From: an uncultured Burkholderiaceae bacterium
Lineage (GTDB): Bacteria; Pseudomonadota; Gammaproteobacteria; Burkholderiales; Burkholderiaceae_B
NCBI GenBank assembly: GCA_963926265.1
Contig: CAWUWN010000006.1
Location: 13,268-77,267, forward strand
DNA: 64,000 bases
Direction: 5' to 3'
Shown: piece after piece, positions 1-8,926 of the stretch
Position numbering within the stretch: the stretch's first letter is position 1
Layout of the letters: each line of letters opens with the position of its first letter
The notes under the pieces: generated by a model
Database searches by the model: none
Seen by the model: the letters and a program-made list of their open reading frames with translations, nothing else
Told to the model about the DNA's origin: nothing
Position numbers and translations under genes: made by a program

Positions 1-500
1 TGTTGGGCACTGCGAACGAGCTGTTCAGCACCCGGGTTGAGACGGAGTTTTTGCTCATAGACGGCTTGCAATACCTCGGTGGAAAGGCCTTTTAAAAACG
101 CTACACGACGCATTAGGCTTTCAGAAAAGTCTTTGATCTCACCTCGCATTGCTGCTTCAGTGATACTGGCGACTTGTTCTTTAACGCCGCCAAAGGCGGC
201 TATTTCATCAATGCACTCAATATTGATGAGGGTAGAGTCCATATCCATTGCTAATAATTTGCAATCACTTAGACGTGCACCAGCGAAGACGTAGGCGCAA
301 TCTACATGGGTACGCTCACCCCATAGCCTAACTTCTTCACGTACAAGAGCATCTGTATTCACACCCAAAATTCGTGCGGCTGTCGTACCCAATCGCTGAA
401 CACCAGAGGCTTCGGCGATCGCGGCAGCGTGTTCGATCAAATCCCCTGAAAGGGCTGGAGATTGGATGATTAAGTTTTGAGTGGTCATAGGAGCTGTCAT
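1..500 (-). CDS. serB: Phosphoserine phosphatase (5' part; runs off the window start)
   Basis: Hand translation of the minus strand from ATG 500 (alternative ATG 488): MTAPMTTQNLIIQSPAL...KLLAMDMDSTLINIECIDEIAAFGGVKEQVASITEAAMRGEIKDFSESL...LRLNPGAEQL. DMDSTLI is HAD motif I and IECIDE/ITEAAMRGE are SerB signatures. Not in the supplied ORF track. Confidence 0.93.
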   Translation of the reverse strand, partial: MTAPMTTQNLIIQSPALSGDLIEHAAAIAEASGVQRLGTTAARILGVNTDALVREEVRLWGERTHVDCAYVFAGARLSDCKLLAMDMDSTLINIECIDEIAAFGGVKEQVASITEAAMRGEIKDFSESLMRRVAFLKGLSTEVLQAVYEQKLRLNPGAEQLVRSAQ

Positions 501-564
501 GGAATGCGAAATTGAAAGGTAAAAATAATATAAATGAAAATGATACGAGCGATAGTGTTGAACG

Positions 565-3500
565 TTACTGTAATGCTCTCAGCACAGTTCGAGTCGCATC
601 AAAGCGTGCAGCCACGTCAGAGGCCTTGATTTCAACACGTAGCTTGTCCTGACCCGAAAAACGAATGTGCCGCTGTTTTTGCACGAGTTCAATGAGTTTA
701 AGAGGGTCGACAGGTGTATTTTGCTTGAAATGCAGCACAATCTGAGTCTCGCTTGCATCAATTTTCTGCAGTCCAAGTGGCAGACCGAGCAACCGGAGTT
801 TGTGGGTGGAAATGAGTGTTCGAGTCGGTTCTGGGAGTTTGCCAAAGCGGTCAATCAGCTCTTCTTGGATCGTGATTAAATCATCATCGTTTTTCGTGTT
901 TGAGAGGCGTTTGTAAATAGACAGTCGGGCATGTACGTCGCCGCAATAGTCGGCAGGCAAGAGGGCAGGCGCATGCAGGTTGACTTCGCATCCTGCGCTA
1001 AATGGGGCATCCAGATCCGGCTCAACACCCGCTTTTAATGCTCTGACAGCTTCGTTCAGCATATCGTTGTACATGGAAAAGCCGATTTCCTGAATATTGC
1101 CAGACTGTGATTCGCCGAGCACTTCGCCGGTGCCGCGTATTTCAAGATCATGCATGGCCAAAAAGAATCCTGAGCCAAGTTCCTCCATGGCTTGAATCGC
1201 CTCTAACCGTTTTTTTGCATTTTTAGTGATGGCATCTTCGCCGGGGGTCATCAGGTATGCATAGGCTTGATGATGAGAGCGTCCGACCCGTCCGCGAAGT
1301 TGATGGAGCTGGGCTAGACCGAAACGATCTGCTCGATGGATGATGATGGTGTTTGCGCTCGAAACGTCAATGCCCGTTTCAATAATCGTTGTGCATAGCA
1401 GGACGTTAAAGCGCTTTTGATAAAAGCCTTTCATCACTTGTTCGAGGTCACGCTCTCCCATCTGGCCATGCGCTACGGCGATACGAGCTTCTGGCACAAG
1501 CTCTTCGAGTCGTGCCCGTCGATTGTGGATGGTTTCAACTTCATTGTGCAGAAAGTAAGCTTGCCCACCGCGTTTGAGTTCGCGCAAAAGGGCTTCCCGC
1601 ATCGTGCTATTGTCTTCGCGTCGAACAAAGGTTTTGATCGCTAATCGCTTTTGTGGAGCGGTGGCAATAACAGAAAAATCTCGAATGCCTTCGAGTGACA
1701 TCCCAAGTGTTCTCGGAATCGGTGTAGCGGTGAGTGTGAGTACATCGACCTCCGCGCGCAAAGACTTCAAGGCTTCTTTTTGCCTGACACCAAAACGGTG
1801 CTCTTCGTCAATGATGACCAAGCCCAAGCGTTTGAACTGCACATCTTTAGACAAAATTTTGTGCGTGCCGATCACAATGTCTACTGTGCCGGACGTGATG
1901 CCTTCGATTGCGCTTTTAATTTCCTTGGCAGAACGAAAGCGGGAGAGCTCAACGACCTTGACGGGCCAGTCGGCAAAGCGATCGGTAAAGGTTTGTGCGT
2001 GTTGCTCTGCCAAGAGCGTTGTGGGGCAGAGCAGGGCGACTTGTTTGCCGTTGGCAATGGCTAGAAATGCTGCACGTAAGGCTACCTCTGTTTTACCAAA
2101 ACCTACATCACCGCAGACCAGTCGATCCATGGGGCGACCCGAGGTCATATCGTCAATGACACACTGAATCGCCGCGGCTTGGTCAGCTGTTTCGTCAAAC
2201 CCAAAACCTTCGGCAAACAGATCGTAGTCACCGAGCGGAAGCTTAAAGGCAAAGCCTTGCCGTGCCGCGCGCTTGGCATATAAGTCCAGTAATTCTGCTG
2301 CCGTATCACGGACTTGTTGCGCGGCTTTGCGACGTGCTTTATCCCATTGGCCTGAGCCGAGTAGATGAAGGGGGGCCGACTCTGAGTCGGTGCCACTGTA
2401 GCGGGCAATGACGTGCAGTTGGGAAACCGGAACGTATAACGTTGTTTTGTTGGCATATTCGAGAAAGAGAAATTCCATCTCGCCTTCGCCCATGTCCATA
2501 TTGACGAGTCCGTGATAACGGCCAATGCCATGCTGTGCATGGACAACAGGATCTCCCTCGCGCAGTTCGGAGAGATCACGCACCATCGCCTCGACGTTGC
2601 TTGCGCGCTCTTGGACACGTTTGCCGCGTCGAGCGGTTCCGCCATTGCCTGGATATAGATCGTTTTCAGTCAGAAAAAGGAGCCCCTGCGCAGGCACTGC
2701 AAAGCCTGTCGAGAGAGGCGCGACGGTCATGCCAAAATGCCCGTGACCTTCTAGAAACAGTGCAACAGATTCGGTCTGTGCATCGGGTGCTAAGCCATGT
2801 TCTGCCAGCATTTGCACAATGGTTTCACGACGGCCATGGGAGTCTGTGCACAACACAATGCGCTGGGCAGCGTCGCGACTGGGTATGCCGTCCGACAGCG
2901 TTGAGCGTGTGAGGAGTGCGCGTAATTTGGCGAGTGGATCCTCTGCTCTGCGCGAAATTCCGATGTCTGGCGCGGCAGCATAATCAGGATGTTTAGTGTC
3001 TGCAGTGAGTGCGAGTCTAGGGAATGCTTTAAGTTGCTCGAACAATGCTTCGCTTTGCAAAAAAAGTGCATCAGGTGCGAGGACTGGACGTTCGCGGTCA
3101 CTTTTTAGAAAGTTGTAGCGGGTCGCGGTATCTTGTGTAAAGCGCCGCATCGCATCATCGATGTCGCCGAGTGTGACGATGATTGTTTCGGTCTTTAAAT
3201 AATCAAAGAGTGTTGCTGTGACTTCAAAAAAGAGAGGCAAGTAATACTCAACGCCTGCAAATGGGATACCGTTCCCCATGTCCCGGTAAGGCAGGGCGCG
3301 AGAGGGATCGCCTTCGAATACCTCACGAAAGCTTGCTCGAAAATGGTTGCGCGCAGCCTCGTCCATTGGAAACTCTCGCCCAGGCAAGAGTTGAACCTCA
3401 GCGACTGGGTAGAGGCTACGCTGGGTATCAATGTCAAAGGCACGAATGGACTCAATCTCGTCATCAAATAGGTCAATGCGATAGGGGACAACAGACCCCA

Positions 3501-4035
3501 TTGGAAAGAGATCAATCAGACTGCCTCTGACGCAAAACTCTCCTGGCGCAGTGACTTGTGAGACATGTGCGTAATTGGCAAGTGTCAGCTGATTTTTGAG
3601 TGCTGTTTCGTCGAGTTTGTCCTTTTGCTTAAAGGAAAACGTGTAGGCTGCTAAAAAACTGGGGGGCGCAAGTCGATAGAGCGCTGTGGTGATGGGAACC
3701 GTCAGCACATCCACTTCGCCAAGCATCAGGGCGTGCAAAGTGCGTAAACGTTCTGAAATCAGGTCTTGGTGCGGCGAAAAGCTGTCATATGGCAGAGTTT
3801 CCCAGTCTGGCAGAGGTCTTACCCTAAGTTTGGGTGCAAAAATCGGGATTTCTTCAGCCAGACGTTGCGCCTCTAGGGGTTCGGCTGTCAAAATGACGAG
3901 TGTCTTGCCGCTCGCGTTAGCGAGTTCAGTCAAAAGCCAAGCGTCTCCCGATCCCGCAGGGGTGGGTTGAGCAAAGCGCAAACCGGGCTTGAGCGAGGCG
4001 AGTAGGGAAGAAATAGAGTGAGAAGCAGCCGACAT
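565..4035 (-). CDS. mfd: Transcription-repair coupling factor
   Basis: 1156 aa; UvrB-like N-terminus (LPDWETLPYD..SPHQD), CarD/TRCF RID (GDPVVHAQHGIGRY), GDVGFGKT Walker A, DEEHRFG, QLRGRVGRS, DLEIRGTGEVLG. Confidence 0.98.
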   Translation of the reverse strand: MSAASHSISSLLASLKPGLRFAQPTPAGSGDAWLLTELANASGKTLVILTAEPLEAQRLAEEIPIFAPKLRVRPLPDWETLPYDSFSPHQDLISERLRTLHALMLGEVDVLTVPITTALYRLAPPSFLAAYTFSFKQKDKLDETALKNQLTLANYAHVSQVTAPGEFCVRGSLIDLFPMGSVVPYRIDLFDDEIESIRAFDIDTQRSLYPVAEVQLLPGREFPMDEAARNHFRASFREVFEGDPSRALPYRDMGNGIPFAGVEYYLPLFFEVTATLFDYLKTETIIVTLGDIDDAMRRFTQDTATRYNFLKSDRERPVLAPDALFLQSEALFEQLKAFPRLALTADTKHPDYAAAPDIGISRRAEDPLAKLRALLTRSTLSDGIPSRDAAQRIVLCTDSHGRRETIVQMLAEHGLAPDAQTESVALFLEGHGHFGMTVAPLSTGFAVPAQGLLFLTENDLYPGNGGTARRGKRVQERASNVEAMVRDLSELREGDPVVHAQHGIGRYHGLVNMDMGEGEMEFLFLEYANKTTLYVPVSQLHVIARYSGTDSESAPLHLLGSGQWDKARRKAAQQVRDTAAELLDLYAKRAARQGFAFKLPLGDYDLFAEGFGFDETADQAAAIQCVIDDMTSGRPMDRLVCGDVGFGKTEVALRAAFLAIANGKQVALLCPTTLLAEQHAQTFTDRFADWPVKVVELSRFRSAKEIKSAIEGITSGTVDIVIGTHKILSKDVQFKRLGLVIIDEEHRFGVRQKEALKSLRAEVDVLTLTATPIPRTLGMSLEGIRDFSVIATAPQKRLAIKTFVRREDNSTMREALLRELKRGGQAYFLHNEVETIHNRRARLEELVPEARIAVAHGQMGERDLEQVMKGFYQKRFNVLLCTTIIETGIDVSSANTIIIHRADRFGLAQLHQLRGRVGRSHHQAYAYLMTPGEDAITKNAKKRLEAIQAMEELGSGFFLAMHDLEIRGTGEVLGESQSGNIQEIGFSMYNDMLNEAVRALKAGVEPDLDAPFSAGCEVNLHAPALLPADYCGDVHARLSIYKRLSNTKNDDDLITIQEELIDRFGKLPEPTRTLISTHKLRLLGLPLGLQKIDASETQIVLHFKQNTPVDPLKLIELVQKQRHIRFSGQDKLRVEIKASDVAARFDATRTVLRALQ

Positions 4036-4095
4036 TGATAAGAAATCTTAGGAGAGATCGCGCATGAAAAAAGCGCAGGTGATGCGCGACAAGAC

Positions 4096-4131
4096 GGTGT
4101 CAATGACACCGACTAAAGCAATGATTATAAA
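4096..4131 (+). promoter_or_regulatory. Candidate sigma70 promoter for ispD (ATGACA-N17-TATAAA) overlapped by the perfect palindrome GGTGTCA-A-TGACACC
   Basis: Palindrome 4096-4110; -35-like ATGACA 4103-4108; -10-like TATAAA 4126-4131. Confidence 0.45.
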
Positions 4132-4142
4132 ATCAAGCGCAT

Positions 4143-4862
4143 ATGACGCCTTCTAAACCCCTTTCTGATGTTCATAATCGTATCGTAGCGCTTGTGCCGG
4201 CAGCCGGCACTGGTTCACGCGCGGTCGAAGTTGGGCAGGCGCAAACGCCTAAACAATATCGCTTGCTTGCGGGGCAAGCGATGCTGAGGCATTCAGTGCA
4301 AGCCCTGTTAGCAGACTCGCGGATTCAAGAGGTTCGGGTCGCAGTGGCACCCGGGGACTCACATGCCCAAACGGTGTTGGCAGGCTTACCTAGGACGCAT
4401 TGCTCACCTTGCGGAGGCGCGACGCGTGCTCATACCGTTTTAAACGCTCTAAGGGAAGCGCGGCTAGCACCTCAGGACTGGGTCTTGGTGCATGACGCTG
4501 CGCGGCCTGGCTTGCCTCTGGAGGCCTTGGCGCGCCTAATCGATGCCTGCTTATTGGATGACGTCGGAGGCTTATTGGCGATGCCTGCGGCGGATACTCT
4601 CAAAAAAGCGCAGTCACATAGCGATAAGGTTGCGAACACGGTTCCTCGAGAGGGTCTCTGGCTGGCGCAGACTCCGCAAATGTTTCGAGCAGGCTTGTTA
4701 CTCGAGGCGCTGACCTGTGCTGTCGATGCCACGGAGGCACCCACAGATGAGGCTCAGGCGATGGAGGCGTTAGGCTACACACCGATTTTGGTGAGAGGCT
4801 CGGGTAAAAACACCAAAATTACCTGGCCTGAAGATTTTCAATGGGTGGAGTCTTGGATATGA
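4143..4862 (+). CDS. ispD: 2-C-methyl-D-erythritol 4-phosphate cytidylyltransferase
   Basis: [40 protein letters not shown]; adjacent to ispF. Confidence 0.96.
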   Translation: MTPSKPLSDVHNRIVALVPAAGTGSRAVEVGQAQTPKQYRLLAGQAMLRHSVQALLADSRIQEVRVAVAPGDSHAQTVLAGLPRTHCSPCGGATRAHTVLNALREARLAPQDWVLVHDAARPGLPLEALARLIDACLLDDVGGLLAMPAADTLKKAQSHSDKVANTVPREGLWLAQTPQMFRAGLLLEALTCAVDATEAPTDEAQAMEALGYTPILVRGSGKNTKITWPEDFQWVESWI

Positions 4863-5347
4863 GCGATTTTGCCTTTCGAATTGGACAAGGCTTTGATGTA
4901 CATGCACTGGTCGAAGAACGCCCTTTGATTCTAGGGGGCGTGACGATTGCGCATACGCATGGTTTGCAGGGACATTCGGATGCGGATGCCTTGTTGCATG
5001 CTGTGACGGACGCGCTATTGGGGGCGGCCGGCCTGGGTGACATTGGTCGCCTGTTTCCTGATACCGATCCACAATACAAAGGCGCAGACAGCAGAGTTTT
5101 GCTGCGCGAGGCGTATCAGCGCGTCTTGGCCTCAGGATGGCAGCTAGTGAATCTGGACGCCACGATCCATGCTCAAGCACCAAAAATTGGACCGCATGCA
5201 CCTGCCATGATCAAAAATATCGCACTCGATTTAGGCGTACAGGTCACCGAGATCAATATCAAAGCGAAAACCAACGAAGGTCTGGGCCACGTAGGTCGCA
5301 AAGAAGGGATCGCTGCAAACGTAATTGTTTTGTTACGTAGACGATAA
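4859..5347 (+). CDS. ispF: 2-C-methyl-D-erythritol 2,4-cyclodiphosphate synthase
   Basis: [40 protein letters not shown]; ATG 4859 overlaps the ispD stop (ATGA). Confidence 0.97.
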   Translation: MSDFAFRIGQGFDVHALVEERPLILGGVTIAHTHGLQGHSDADALLHAVTDALLGAAGLGDIGRLFPDTDPQYKGADSRVLLREAYQRVLASGWQLVNLDATIHAQAPKIGPHAPAMIKNIALDLGVQVTEINIKAKTNEGLGHVGRKEGIAANVIVLLRRR

Positions 5348-5380
5348 AGGCGAGGATGCGCGTTGCGCGCGCAGCGAGAT

Positions 5381-6808
5381 TTAACCGTCGCTTTGCGAGA
5401 TAAAAATCTCTACTTTGACGATTAGTCCCCCGTCGGGTCTTGCGCTAAAACTCAAGCTGCCGTTCATGTGTTGTAAAAGTCGATCAACAATCGCAAGTCC
5501 GAGCCCAGTCCCCGAGGCGCCGGTTCGAGCAGCGTTACCTCGCCAAAATGGTTTGCGTACACGCTCGAGATCGTGCGTGGGAATGCCGGGGCCGCGGTCA
5601 GAGACTTTGATTTTGAGAGAATGACTGCTGCCCTCTAGGCTAATGTCGAGTTCTGGAAGGCCTTGCTGACTGATGCCGTAACGCCTGGCATTTTCAATAA
5701 GGTTGGTAAGGATACGACGCAAATCAGTGGCTGAAATCTGTGCATAGACTTCAGGTGCGATTGAGGAAGAGAGCGAACCACCCGCGTGTTTGGTCAGGCA
5801 ACGCTCGCGTTCGATGACTTCGGTCATTAACTGCGAAATGTTGATCGCTCGAGGCGGCTGCAGGCTAGCGGGACGCGCATAATCCATGAGCTGGGCCAAC
5901 GAGTAATTGATTTGTGCAAGATCTTGATCAATGGCTTGTCGACCGGCTTCACTCATGTTGCTCAGCTCGATTTCTAGTCGCATACGGGTCAGTGGCGTGC
6001 GTAAGTCATGCGAAATTCCTGCCAGCATTAAGGCACGGTCGGCGTTGGCCTGATGGAGTTCGCGTGCCATGCGATTAAAGCTACTGTTGAGCGTGCGTAG
6101 TTCCCGAGCGCCAGTCTCCGGTAAGGCGGGGGGAGAGGTCCCCTTTGATACGATGTATGCAGAGCGTGCCAATCGCGCGAGCGGTCGATTAATAGAAGAC
6201 ACTCCAATCGCAGCACCAATGACGGACAATAAAAGTGCTGCTGCACCCCAGCTTAGCCACTCAACACCGCCCGTCAAACGAATTTCGTGGCGCTCAAACG
6301 CAAGCCAATACTCCTCATCATTCAGGCGGAAACTTACCCAAAAGCCCGGTACCTCATTGACCGACCAGGCCAAGATTGTTTCCTCGCCTAGTTGGTTGCG
6401 CAAAAGTTTGGCCATGCGTTGCCAATAACGTCCACTCGGGAGCGGCTCGATGCTGTTCAAGCCTGTTCGCGAGTAGACGTCCAGTCCTTCTCGCATTGAA
6501 AGCGTGCGCAGTAGATCCCGACGTTCTGTACTTGGCGCGTAGGTAAGCGCCGTTAAGGTCAGATTCACGGAGGTCGCGATACGCTGACTCGTCTGTGCGG
6601 CACGAGGCCCCATCTCGAGGCTAAAGAATACGAGTACCCAGGCCCCTAAGCTTGCAAGCATGAGCGTCAGTAGGAGTAGAAAACTTCGCGTGAAGAGATC
6701 GACTTGAGACAATATATCTAAGAGCCAAGACCACCCTCGTCTGAGTCCGGTTACCCACTGCTGCACTTGCTGTCTAAGCTGTTGCCTAAAGGGGCTAGTG
6801 CCTGCCAT
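5381..6808 (-). CDS. risS: EnvZ-like sensor histidine kinase (RisS-like)
   Basis: Two TM segments, HAMP, ISHDLRTPL H-box, NLIENA N-box, DRGPG, GTGLGLAIV; start set at ATG 6808 overlapping the regulator's end. Confidence 0.85.
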   Translation of the reverse strand: MAGTSPFRQQLRQQVQQWVTGLRRGWSWLLDILSQVDLFTRSFLLLLTLMLASLGAWVLVFFSLEMGPRAAQTSQRIATSVNLTLTALTYAPSTERRDLLRTLSMREGLDVYSRTGLNSIEPLPSGRYWQRMAKLLRNQLGEETILAWSVNEVPGFWVSFRLNDEEYWLAFERHEIRLTGGVEWLSWGAAALLLSVIGAAIGVSSINRPLARLARSAYIVSKGTSPPALPETGARELRTLNSSFNRMARELHQANADRALMLAGISHDLRTPLTRMRLEIELSNMSEAGRQAIDQDLAQINYSLAQLMDYARPASLQPPRAINISQLMTEVIERERCLTKHAGGSLSSSIAPEVYAQISATDLRRILTNLIENARRYGISQQGLPELDISLEGSSHSLKIKVSDRGPGIPTHDLERVRKPFWRGNAARTGASGTGLGLAIVDRLLQHMNGSLSFSARPDGGLIVKVEIFISQSDG

Positions 6809-7529
6809 CTGGGACAAAAACGTAGCCCATTCCCCAGACAGTCTGAATAAAGGAGGGCTTTGCTGGGTTGATTTCGAGTAATTTGCGTAGCCGCGAAATC
6901 TGCACATCTAAGCTGCGGTCAAAGGCCTCGTACTCACGCCCGCGAGCAAGTTCCATCAGTTTGTCGCGCGAAAGAGGAATTTTGGGGTGTCGTGCGAAGA
7001 CTTTGAGAACTGAGAACTCACCCGTCGTAATGGGCACAATTTGTTGATCACGCATCAAGCATCGCGTCGCTAGATTGAGTGTGTAAGGCCCAAAACTGAT
7101 GGACTCGTTGTCCTGGCTCGGGGCGCTGGGGTGCTCTTCTGAGCCCCGCCGTCTAAGCACCGCATTGATACGTGCAAGTAGTTCGCGCGGGTTGAAGGGT
7201 TTGGATAGATAATCATCTGCCCCCATTTCGAGCCCAATGATGCGATCGATTTCCTCGGCTTTGGCGGTCAACATGATGATGGGTGTCAGATCGAGATTGG
7301 CGCGTAGGCGTCGACAAATAGACAAACCGTCTTCTCCTGGCAGCATGAGATCTAGAACAAGCAGATCGATATGCTCGCGCTGCAAGATTTTGTTCATTTC
7401 TCTGGCGTCCTCGGCGGTCAGGACATAAAAGCCTTGTTCCGTGAGGTGACGGCGCAACAAGTCACGGAGTCTCGGATCATCATCGACCACAAGAATTTTG
7501 CGTGAGCAATGGGTGTTTAAAGTATTCAT
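6795..7529 (-). CDS. risA: OmpR-family response regulator RisA
   Basis: RKILVVDDDPRLRDLL, DLMLPGEDG, KPFNPRELLARI, RSLDVQISRLRK, IQTVWGMGYVFVPD; closely resembles the Bordetella RisA sequence as recalled; start at ATG 7529 (MNT...). Confidence 0.9.
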   Translation of the reverse strand: MNTLNTHCSRKILVVDDDPRLRDLLRRHLTEQGFYVLTAEDAREMNKILQREHIDLLVLDLMLPGEDGLSICRRLRANLDLTPIIMLTAKAEEIDRIIGLEMGADDYLSKPFNPRELLARINAVLRRRGSEEHPSAPSQDNESISFGPYTLNLATRCLMRDQQIVPITTGEFSVLKVFARHPKIPLSRDKLMELARGREYEAFDRSLDVQISRLRKLLEINPAKPSFIQTVWGMGYVFVPDGRH

Positions 7530-7571
7530 AAGCAAAAATGTAACCGTGGTCGAATCAGTCAGTGTGCGAAT

Positions 7572-7617
7572 CTCACAAGGTTTTACAAACTCTGACACTT
7601 ACTTACCAGTTTGTGAC
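7572..7617. promoter_or_regulatory. Phased pentamer direct-repeat array (candidate OmpR-family/RisA binding sites)
   Basis: CTCAC 7572, TTTAC 7582, CTGAC 7592, CTTAC 7602, GTGAC 7613: 10-11 bp period in the risA/tsaB divergent region. Confidence 0.5.
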
Positions 7618-7690
7618 AAAGTGTTTCAACGCGGGTGTTTTATTCAGCGGGATCCAATCGATTGATGCAGAGGTTCATTACAATCCCCAC

Positions 7691-8926
7691 ATGACAAGAA
7701 TTCTGGCATTTGAAACCTCGACCTCGACGGGCACTGTCGCGCTGCTATCCGTGTCTGGTAAAGCCATCACTGTGACCCAGCGTTCGATCGAAGGGACGAC
7801 TGGTCACGCCTCTGGAGTACTCCCGCTGGCGCAAGCCATTCTAACCGAGTTGAATTTGACTCGGCAGGATCTGACTGCAGTGGCGTTTGGACAAGGGCCG
7901 GGGGCTTTTACGGGCGTTCGCGTCGCGTGCGGTGTGGCGCAGGGCATTGCACTGGCGCTGGATATCCCACTCATTCAGATCGGTGCGCTGCCTGCTGTTG
8001 CTTCGCAGGCAGCCACTCGGCATCCAGGTGCGCTGATCTATGTTGCCCTAGATGCTCGAATGGAAGAGGTCTATTTCGGTGTGTATGCCAGTGCTGCGTC
8101 AGCCTCTGAGCTGATCGTGATTCAGCCCCCCGTATTATTGGCGGCGGAAGATGTGCAGTTGTTTATCGAAAAACGTGACTCTTTTTGGCGCCAGCGCATG
8201 TCACACTTTTCCTCTGTGGCACTCGTGGGCGAGGGTTGGGGAGTGGTGCAAAACATCTGCCCCGCATTGGTTCTGTCTAACTTAGGAACTCTGGATCATT
8301 TACAGGCACGTCCCGAAGCTTGCGCGGTCGCGACCCTAGCGCTGCCTGCCCTTGAGGCAGGTTTGACGTTGCAGCCAGAACAAGCAGCGCCTCTTTACTT
8401 GCGAGATAAAGTCGCCTTTACTACGCTTGAGCGGGCAAGAGGAGAGGGTGGAAATCCGCGCGCACAAGCGCCTAGCGCTTTGGCAATGCTGCCCATGCTA
8501 AGAGCCGATTTGCGAGAGGTGGTTGCCCTCGAAGCTGCGGTGCAATCTTTTCCGTGGACATTAAAGAATTTTGAGGACGCTTTGGATGCTGGCTATGAGG
8601 CTTGCGTTTTGCGCACCGAGCAAGGCCTACAGGGATTTTTCATCACGATGATGGCGCCTGATGTGGCGCATCTGTTGGTGATCGCTGTGGCGCGGGATGC
8701 ACAGCGACACGGTTACGGCAGGCAAATGATAGAGTACATCACGCGTCAAGCACGTGGCGCAGGGACAGAGGGGATTGTGCTCGAGGTGCGTCCCTCGAAT
8801 CTTGTCGCGTTGGCTTTTTATCGCGACGAAGGTTTTGAGCAGATTGGTCTACGAAGGGATTATTATCCAGCAGCAAAGGGCCAACGTGAAGACGCCCTGA
8901 TCTTGAAAAAGAGTTTTGATCACTGA
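7691..8926 (+). CDS. tsaB-rimI: Fused TsaB (t6A complex subunit) / RimI-like GNAT N-acetyltransferase
   Basis: N-part ILAFETST, FGQGPGAFTGVR, LDARMEEVY; C-part FPWT, LEVRPSN..A..FY...GF..IGLRRDYY; single uninterrupted frame. Confidence 0.9.
   Translation: MTRILAFETSTSTGTVALLSVSGKAITVTQRSIEGTTGHASGVLPLAQAILTELNLTRQDLTAVAFGQGPGAFTGVRVACGVAQGIALALDIPLIQIGALPAVASQAATRHPGALIYVALDARMEEVYFGVYASAASASELIVIQPPVLLAAEDVQLFIEKRDSFWRQRMSHFSSVALVGEGWGVVQNICPALVLSNLGTLDHLQARPEACAVATLALPALEAGLTLQPEQAAPLYLRDKVAFTTLERARGEGGNPRAQAPSALAMLPMLRADLREVVALEAAVQSFPWTLKNFEDALDAGYEACVLRTEQGLQGFFITMMAPDVAHLLVIAVARDAQRHGYGRQMIEYITRQARGAGTEGIVLEVRPSNLVALAFYRDEGFEQIGLRRDYYPAAKGQREDALILKKSFDH

Noticed and set aside
79-294. 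71-aa plus-strand ORF
   Set aside because: Antisense shadow of serB, which is clearly encoded on the minus strand
4058-4089. 8-bp inverted repeat TCGCGCAT/ATGCGCGA upstream of mfd
   Set aside because: Long 16-nt loop and GC-rich arms; likely incidental
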